This document shows, in pieces, positions 58,097-64,000 of a stretch of 64,000 nucleotides of DNA. Source of the stretch: a virus. Below the pieces are notes generated by a model that searched no databases, was not told the DNA's origin, and saw only the letters and a list, made by a program, of their open reading frames with translations. The DNA lies in the IMG/VR virus record IMGVR_UViG_3300037791_000006, positions 2,530-66,529 of that record. The stretch is one strand, 5' to 3'. Numbering within the stretch: the stretch's first letter is position 1; each line of letters starts with the position of its first letter. A program made the position numbers and the translations under genes.

Positions 58097-58783
58097 TTTA
58101 ACGATACCGACAAAGACGCGGCCTTGAGCCTTGCGGACGCATTGCCCGCCGCGCTCGAAGCTGAGACCGGGAAACCCTGGGCCGCAGAGAAAACCCTTGA
58201 CCGTGACCGGGCCGAAGACCTCTTGTTCGTCACCCTGACCGAGGACGGCGGCGCCGGGTCGCCTTCAATCATCATGGGCGGCGGCAACTGGAACGAAAAC
58301 GGGAAAGCGCGGTTTTATATCAGCGTGCCCGACGACGTAGACGGGGGGAGGCGCGCTTGGGGATACCTTCCGGGAGTCGAATACGGGACTCCCGTGCCCG
58401 AAACCGCCGCCGCCCTTACGCGCCCGGCAAAGACCGTTGCGCGCCAGATTGTGCGGCGCGTCCTGACGCCGGAAAACCGCGCGATTCTGACCCGCTCCGC
58501 AGAACACGACGCCGCGACTCAGGGCGTGCGGAATGACGCCGAGACATGGCGCGAGAAAGTGGCAGGCGCCGCTGGGATTCCGTGCCGCATCAATGGCGAC
58601 CGCGCCGCCGTCCTCTGGGGGAACGGTTACGGTTCGCGCGACTGGGGCAAGATTGACTCCAGTTTCCACTGTCCCGGCGGTAGCGTCAAAATCGCCCTCT
58701 CAGACGATCCCGAGCAAGCCGCCACACTGGTCGCGAAGATCCGCGCCGCCGTCGAAGCCCACGAAAAGGAATTGAACCAATGA
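58094..58783 (+). CDS. hypothetical protein
   Basis: starts at the cassette ATG. Confidence 0.7.
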   Translation: MFNDTDKDAALSLADALPAALEAETGKPWAAEKTLDRDRAEDLLFVTLTEDGGAGSPSIIMGGGNWNENGKARFYISVPDDVDGGRRAWGYLPGVEYGTPVPETAAALTRPAKTVARQIVRRVLTPENRAILTRSAEHDAATQGVRNDAETWREKVAGAAGIPCRINGDRAAVLWGNGYGSRDWGKIDSSFHCPGGSVKIALSDDPEQAATLVAKIRAAVEAHEKELNQ

Positions 58784-59874
58784 CCGCCGAAACCTTCCCG
58801 CAAATCACTGTGACAGTGCGCCGGTTCAATTTCGAAACACGGCAAGACCCGGAATATCGCGCTATTCTGGCAGACGCTAAGGCGCGCGGCGTTAAGCTGT
58901 TCGACGCCTTGGGCGATGTTTCCGAATTGCCGAAAGACGGCGCGCAATTCGCTGTCACGCTCAACCCGAAAACGGTTTTTTCTAACCAATTCAGCGCAGA
59001 CAAAGGGCCGCGCTTGTTCGATCTGCGAGTCCTGTCACAATTCAACGCTTGTGGGAATCGCATCCCGCGCCGCGTGGGCTATTACATCGAACCCGACTCG
59101 GAATATGCCAAGCTGCAAGAATTCCGCGCCACCTGGACAATCTGCGGTTATTGCGGCGCGCGTCACCCTGCCAAGGTCGAACCGGGGCCGCACTGGTGCG
59201 ACCGTTGCGCCGGGTCCGAATACCTGAAACCCGGAGACCTGCAACTCCTGGAATTGCGCCCGCTCTCGGAATACATGCCCAAGCGCAACGCCGAGCCGCC
59301 CGCCGAGCTGGTGGAACGCTATCGCAAGGCCCAGGCTGAAACGTCGAAGCGCAAGACCGAGTCCGGTATTGCCCGGAAACTGGCCAAGCTGGAACAGGAA
59401 AAGCAAGACGCCGAAATTGAGGCAACATTTTTGCGCGCCGTCGCGGGCGCCGGTTTGGCGTGGCGTCATATCGACAACCTTATTTTTTACGCGCACACAG
59501 GGCGTTTCTGTTTCGGTTGGCGGCACAAGCTGGAAGACCCTGACGTTGCCGAGATCAAGGCCGCATTGCGCGCGGCGGGCCTTGTAGCGCCCCCGGTTGA
59601 CTTCAAGACCACGGGCGGCAAACCGCAACCTGGGGACACGTTCCGCACGCTACCCGACGCCGTGGGAAAGCTGGAGTCGCCGGGCACGTTTGGCGGCGGT
59701 GCAACCTTCACTTTTCCCGCCGGGCTGCGGTGCCGTCCTGTCGATGAAAGCGGGCGGGCGTTCTTCCTCGAAGACTTCCGGGAACACGTCGAATCTTACT
59801 ACCACCACGACGCAACGCACCGGGGAATCCGCATCGACGCGGAACACGTTGAACGCATCCCCGGCAAGCGTTGA
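58780..59874 (+). CDS. hypothetical protein with CxxC...CxxC zinc ribbon
   Basis: CGYCG...CDRC; ATGA-coupled. Confidence 0.7.
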   Translation: MTAETFPQITVTVRRFNFETRQDPEYRAILADAKARGVKLFDALGDVSELPKDGAQFAVTLNPKTVFSNQFSADKGPRLFDLRVLSQFNACGNRIPRRVGYYIEPDSEYAKLQEFRATWTICGYCGARHPAKVEPGPHWCDRCAGSEYLKPGDLQLLELRPLSEYMPKRNAEPPAELVERYRKAQAETSKRKTESGIARKLAKLEQEKQDAEIEATFLRAVAGAGLAWRHIDNLIFYAHTGRFCFGWRHKLEDPDVAEIKAALRAAGLVAPPVDFKTTGGKPQPGDTFRTLPDAVGKLESPGTFGGGATFTFPAGLRCRPVDESGRAFFLEDFREHVESYYHHDATHRGIRIDAEHVERIPGKR

Positions 59875-59886
59875 CCGGCTGGGGGC

Positions 59887-59960
59887 AGTCACGTCTTGAC
59901 TTGCCCCTAGTTTCACTTTTAGTGTGAAAGTCACAGAGAATCACGAAAGGAAAGCCAATG
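59887..59960 (+). promoter_or_regulatory. 74-bp early promoter/RBS cassette copy 3
   Basis: identical to 58023-58096. Confidence 0.85.
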
Positions 59961-60272
59961 GCAACCCCGACGATCTTAGACTCGCGAGACCTTGCGCCCT
60001 ATGCGCTGGGCCGCTTTGTCTTCCGTTTCAAATGGGCGGAATTCGACCGCTGCACAATGTTCTACCGTGGGCGCCGCCTGGGCCGCACCCTGACCGTGCG
60101 CGACGAAATGCGCCACAGTCTCGCCGGGGACTTCCGGTCGCAATGGGAGTCGGGTCAATTCGACCCTGAATCCCCGTTCATTCGCTGGGGCTTTTCCGAC
60201 ATTCCCGGCGCGCTCGAAGACTGGGCACACATCGCCAGAGTCGCGAACATGGGCGAAGGGGTTGCAGCATGA
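59958..60272 (+). CDS. hypothetical protein
   Basis: starts at the cassette ATG. Confidence 0.65.
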   Translation: MATPTILDSRDLAPYALGRFVFRFKWAEFDRCTMFYRGRRLGRTLTVRDEMRHSLAGDFRSQWESGQFDPESPFIRWGFSDIPGALEDWAHIARVANMGEGVAA

Positions 60273-60469
60273 CTCAGCTCGCCAAAATCCCCCGCGCCTC
60301 ACTTTTGCCGCCCATGGAAAACCCGCGCGAGACCGTGCCCTTCCAACTGTTGCGCGCCGCCGCACTGGCAGAACGGGCCAAGGACTCCGCAAGCGCCGAT
60401 AATTTCCGCCGCCTTGCCGCCGTCGAATTCCGCACCCGCGCGACCTTCTACCATGGGGGGAACAAATGA
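60269..60469 (+). CDS. hypothetical protein
   Basis: ATGA-coupled. Confidence 0.55.
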   Translation: MTQLAKIPRASLLPPMENPRETVPFQLLRAAALAERAKDSASADNFRRLAAVEFRTRATFYHGGNK

Positions 60470-60675
60470 GCCGCCCCAAGTTGTCAATCCATCGTTTCCG
60501 GGACCGCGCCGGAATCGCAATCACCGGACAAGGCGGCGGGACTCTCTACCTAGACGCCGCCGCCGTCGCAGAATTGACCGCCGCCGCAAGTGCCCTGTTT
60601 TACGACATGAGCGGCAAAACCTTCGCTGAGTCCGAATTTGAAACCGTAGAAATTGAAGGGGAAACTCGTGCCTGA
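60466..60675 (+). CDS. hypothetical protein
   Basis: ATGA-coupled. Confidence 0.55.
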   Translation: MSRPKLSIHRFRDRAGIAITGQGGGTLYLDAAAVAELTAAASALFYDMSGKTFAESEFETVEIEGETRA

Positions 60676-61408
60676 ATTCATCCTGAACAACCGCCCCGCC
60701 CTGACCCATGCCCGCGCCGCGGAGATTGCCGCCGCTTGGGGTAGCTACATGAACGCGGGCGACCCCGGCGCGATTTTCTACACCTTCCCCGCAGACGGCA
60801 CCGCGCCGAAATGGGACGAAAACGACCGCGCCGCCGCCCTGTCCTATTGCGACTCCTGCCTTTGGCAAGCGCGCCGGGCCGGTAGTGGTCCGACGGACGC
60901 CGCCGCCGTGGCAAAGGACGTTGCCGACCTCGAAGCCCTGCGCCGCTACATCGAAGGCGACTCCGCATTCGCGCAACTGGACCAATTCGCGCAAGGTTTC
61001 GTTGAGGCCGCGTTTTTCTGCAACGTGTGCCCCACATACGCTAAACAAGACTGGGGCTTCCCGGAATGCCAGCAAGCCGGAATCGACGGCACGCGGGGCG
61101 GCGATTTGCCGTCAGACGCCACGACGGCGGACATTGACCCGGCAAGCCTGGAAGCCGTGAAAGCCCTTTGCCAGAAATTCCAGAACGACGCCGCGCCGCT
61201 CTTGGCCGCTGCGCTCTTGCGCAAGGGTTACGACTCCACCCAAGCGGGCCGCGATCTGTATTTTACGCGAGCGGGCCATGCAACGGGCTACTGGGCGCGC
61301 TCCGAATTCTCGGAGAAACTGGCCGAGTCCCTGACCGAAGCGGCCGGCCGCGCCGAAATTCTGCTTTCCTATGACGCCGAGTCCGGCGTGATTTTCGAAG
61401 ACGTTTAA
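60668..61408 (+). CDS. conserved phage early protein (AGRDLYFTRAGHATGYW motif)
   Basis: C-terminal motif of the AG.D.W.TR.GHG.GFW type. Confidence 0.65.
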   Translation: MPEFILNNRPALTHARAAEIAAAWGSYMNAGDPGAIFYTFPADGTAPKWDENDRAAALSYCDSCLWQARRAGSGPTDAAAVAKDVADLEALRRYIEGDSAFAQLDQFAQGFVEAAFFCNVCPTYAKQDWGFPECQQAGIDGTRGGDLPSDATTADIDPASLEAVKALCQKFQNDAAPLLAAALLRKGYDSTQAGRDLYFTRAGHATGYWARSEFSEKLAESLTEAAGRAEILLSYDAESGVIFEDV

Positions 61409-61423
61409 GTGGGGGAGTCCGAC

Positions 61424-61525
61424 ATGACCAAGCAAAAACACGCCTTGCCCCTTTCCGCCCGCGCCTGGTTGGTTATGAGGGAAACCGGCCCGCGTTGCCC
61501 CCAAAACAGGAGCGAAAGAAAATGA
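61424..61525 (+). CDS. 33-aa small ORF (not in the ORF track)
   Basis: GGGGGAG RBS; its stop overlaps the next ATG (ATGA). Confidence 0.45.
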   Translation: MTKQKHALPLSARAWLVMRETGPRCPQNRSERK

Positions 61526-61851
61526 CCCCGCGCCCCTTGCGCCTTGTGCTTGGCGACAATCTGCGCCGCCTCATGGAACGGGACGGTCTCAGCAAGAGCG
61601 AGACCGCCGCCCGCCTGGGGATGCACCGGACTCAGCTTTACCGCATGTTGAACGGGGAAACCCGGCCGCACGCTTCCGAGCTGAAAGCTATTTGCGACCT
61701 GTTCGGCGTGCCCGCCTCGGTCTACTTCAAACCGCTGAAAATATCCCCGAATTTCAAAAGCGAACGCGAGCGCCTTAAAAAGGCCATGCGTGCCGCCTAC
61801 GGAATCGGGAAACCCACATTCGAACCGGAAAGGAAAGACCATGGATTTTAA
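61522..61851 (+). CDS. XRE HTH protein
   Basis: LGDNLRRLMERDGLS...QLYRMLNGE. Confidence 0.8.
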   Translation: MTPRPLRLVLGDNLRRLMERDGLSKSETAARLGMHRTQLYRMLNGETRPHASELKAICDLFGVPASVYFKPLKISPNFKSERERLKKAMRAAYGIGKPTFEPERKDHGF

Positions 61852-62005
61852 GCGTTTGATCTTGCAAGCACTGGGCGGGGCGGTCGCGCTCTATATGTTG
61901 GCCTGCACTGCTTTCGTCACCTATGCTTTTTTTGATGTCACAAGCCAGGCGCGGGCCATGATTAGCGCCTATGGCGAATTGCGCGAAATGCGGCGCGAGA
62001 ATTGA
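61841..62005 (+). CDS. small single-TM protein
   Basis: AGGA RBS; hydrophobic N-terminus. Confidence 0.55.
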   Translation: MDFKRLILQALGGAVALYMLACTAFVTYAFFDVTSQARAMISAYGELREMRREN

Positions 62006-62015
62006 GGGGAAGGAA

Positions 62016-62255
62016 ATGACCGAAGATCACAAACCGACGCGATATTTCTACGTCAACAACGGCGACTCGCACTTGGTCGCAGTCTGGAACGCGCGACTCG
62101 GCGCTGATGTTCCGGGCCTCACAGTGATTGAGCGTCACGACGACGACCGGGACGCAATGCGCCGAGTCGCGTTCTTGAACGCCGGAGGCTCGAATACAGG
62201 CAACGCGCCCCTTGTAGACCGTTCCCCCACAATCGGCGGCGATTTGGGAAAATGA
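62016..62255 (+). CDS. hypothetical protein
   Basis: GAGGGG RBS. Confidence 0.55.
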   Translation: MTEDHKPTRYFYVNNGDSHLVAVWNARLGADVPGLTVIERHDDDRDAMRRVAFLNAGGSNTGNAPLVDRSPTIGGDLGK

Positions 62256-63463
62256 CCCCTGCCCCCTTTGTGAATATCGGACCCGGCGCCCGCGTGCCGT
62301 TGCGCCACCTGACCCGGCACGCGGGCGTCTTCGGTGCAACGGGCACGGGTAAGACCACCACGGCGGGCGCATTGCTCGAAGGGTTGGCTGCGGCGGGCGT
62401 CCCGGTTCTCGCACTGGACGCAAAAGGCGACTTGGAGTCCCTGACACGCGGCCCAGGCGGGCGCATGTGGGATTGCACGGGGAAGCGCGGGGCCGTGCGG
62501 CGGCTTGATCTAGCACAAATGGGGCCGGACCTTATCGCCCGCGCCCTCGACCTATCCCCCGCGCAAGCCGGGGCACTGGAAATTGCAACCGCCTTTGCCG
62601 AGACGCGCGGGTTGCCGCTGCACACCTTGGCAGATTTGCGGGCGGTTCTCGGGGCCGTGATCCAGAACGCGGAGTCGCTTTCCTTCGAATTCGGACTCGT
62701 GACCCCGGCAAGCGTGGCGGCGGTGCAGCGGGCCTTGCTGCGCATCGAGCGCACCGCCCCCGGCGCATTCGGCACCCCGGCCCTTGACCCCTTCGGCGCA
62801 GATCGTCGCGACCCCCGAACCGGGCGCGGGCGCTTCACCGTGTTGCACGCTGCGCCCCTCATGGCCACCCCCGGACTCTATGGCGCGGCGGCGGCTTTCA
62901 TCCTGGAATCGCTCTACAAGCAAGCGGGCGAGCTGGGGGATGTTTCCGGCCCTGCCCTTGCGGTATTTATTGACGAGTCGCATTTGATCTTTGACGGGGC
63001 ACCGCGCGCCGTTGTGCAGAGACTCGAGTCGGTTGTCCGGTTGATCCGGTCAAAGGGGATTGCCTTGATCTTTGCCACGCAATCGCCGGGCGATTTGCCC
63101 CCGGCCATTTCTGGCCAACTGGCAACGCGCATTCAGCACGGACTCCGCGGATCAACGGCGCAAGGGTTGCGCGAGATCCGAGCGGCGGCGGACACACTGC
63201 CCACGGCGTCGAACCTGGACGCCTTCGAAGCCATCAAAGGACTCGGCACTGGTGAGGCGCTGGTCTCGCTTCCAGGTGAAGGCGGACAACCGCAACCGGC
63301 GAAACGAGTCCAGATTCAGGCGGGAAAAATCGCGCTTGAACCCTTGGCAGATTCCGAATTGCCGACGGCTTCCCATTTCCCCGACGGTCTGCCCCTTATT
63401 TCCCCGACGCGCCCCCGCTCTATCGTCGCAAGAATTCGCGCCAAACTATCACTTTTTAATTGA
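62252..63463 (+). CDS. HerA/FtsK-superfamily ATPase (DUF853/YjgR-like)
   Basis: TRHAGVFGATGTGKT, DAKGDL, FIDESHLIF, VRLIRSKG, ATQSP.D.P. Confidence 0.85.
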   Translation: MTPAPFVNIGPGARVPLRHLTRHAGVFGATGTGKTTTAGALLEGLAAAGVPVLALDAKGDLESLTRGPGGRMWDCTGKRGAVRRLDLAQMGPDLIARALDLSPAQAGALEIATAFAETRGLPLHTLADLRAVLGAVIQNAESLSFEFGLVTPASVAAVQRALLRIERTAPGAFGTPALDPFGADRRDPRTGRGRFTVLHAAPLMATPGLYGAAAAFILESLYKQAGELGDVSGPALAVFIDESHLIFDGAPRAVVQRLESVVRLIRSKGIALIFATQSPGDLPPAISGQLATRIQHGLRGSTAQGLREIRAAADTLPTASNLDAFEAIKGLGTGEALVSLPGEGGQPQPAKRVQIQAGKIALEPLADSELPTASHFPDGLPLISPTRPRSIVARIRAKLSLFN

Positions 63464-63537
63464 CTTTCCCGCTCGCCGGGCGCATAGGTCGAAACCTGAA
63501 CGGCTGAGTCTTTTGCCCGTTTGCCGCTCATCTACTA

Positions 63538-63570
63538 GCCGCCTGGACACTGTTCCAGGCGGTCTTTTTT
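63538..63570 (+). terminator. intrinsic terminator
   Basis: GCCGCCTGGA-cactgt-TCCAGGCGGT followed by a T6 run. Confidence 0.8.
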
Positions 63571-63602
63571 GTCTTGCGCCCAGGTTCTCGGATTCGATTC
63601 AG

Positions 63603-63735
63603 TTTTCCCCGACGGGTTGCGGGGCGAAATGGAACGAGTCCAATTTTCCCCGACGGGTTGCCGCCTATTTCCCCGACGGGTTGCCGCCTATTTCCCCGAC
63701 GGGTTGCCGCCTATTTCCCCGACGGGTTGCCGCCC
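63603..63735 (+). repeat. array of TTTCCCCGACGGGTTGC(CGCCTA), 5 copies
   Basis: read directly from the sequence. Confidence 0.9.
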
Positions 63736-63808
63736 TCGATCGTCGCAAAATCACACATGACGCCGGGCGCGGCCTGAGCTCGAAACAATCGGCCGGCCAT
63801 TGCGTGAC

Positions 63809-64000
63809 CGGGCGAGCGGGGCGAGCGGGGCAGAACGGGGCGAGCGGGGCGAGCGGGGCAGAACGGGGCAGAACGGGGCGAGCGGGGCAGAACGGGGCGA
63901 GCGGGGCAGAACGGGGCAGAACGGGGCGAGCGGGGCAGCGCAGGGCGAGCGGGTGCAACACGGGGCGAGCGGGGCAGCGCAGGGCGAGCGGGGCAGCGCA
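63809..64000 (+). repeat. G-tract array of GGGCGAGCG / GGGCAGAACG / GGGCAGCGCA units
   Basis: read directly; runs off the window end. Confidence 0.9.

Noticed and set aside
57820-60272. Shared C-terminal GVAA* on two early proteins as a degron
   Set aside because: Explained by RBS plus GC-ATGA translational coupling, though a ClpXP AA degron cannot be excluded.
63603-63735. Possible CRISPR array (with the Cas4-like gene at 6557)
   Set aside because: The repeats are directly tandem without unique spacers; DUF2800 is a standard phage replication nuclease.
63809-64000. KOPS sites for FtsK
   Set aside because: The units do not match GGGNAGGG.

Overview
The window is almost a whole temperate long-tailed (siphovirus) phage genome with a Chi-like/lambda-type layout. 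The host is probably an alphaproteobacterium (GapR homologue, DUF2163/DUF2793 tail genes). It appears circularly permuted or unintegrated: a lambda-like cos site lies at ~1111-1159 and an intact attP (tRNA-Pro 3'-end core) at ~18880. Gene order: cos, iteron origin, leftward primase-helicase, rightward replication operon (Cas4-like nuclease, DUF2815 SSB, family-B polymerase, PAPS-reductase-like, VRR-NUC, HNH, SNF2), repressor, C5 methylase, dCMP deaminase, int/xis, packaging-head-tail, lysis, a leftward nucleotide-metabolism block, and a rightward early cassette region bounded by repeat arrays. Most unusual signals: (1) an acidic D-L-L-G tag on 12 or more unrelated proteins; (2) a second C-terminal motif W-x-x-A-P on DNA-acting proteins; (3) a genome-wide TCAC-N7-GTGA operator; (4) a nested alternative-frame ORF in the C5 methylase; (5) a GANTC-enriched, repeat-bounded terminal region encoding a HerA-like ATPase. 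All protein calls come from motif recognition by eye, not database searches, and all counts were made by hand.
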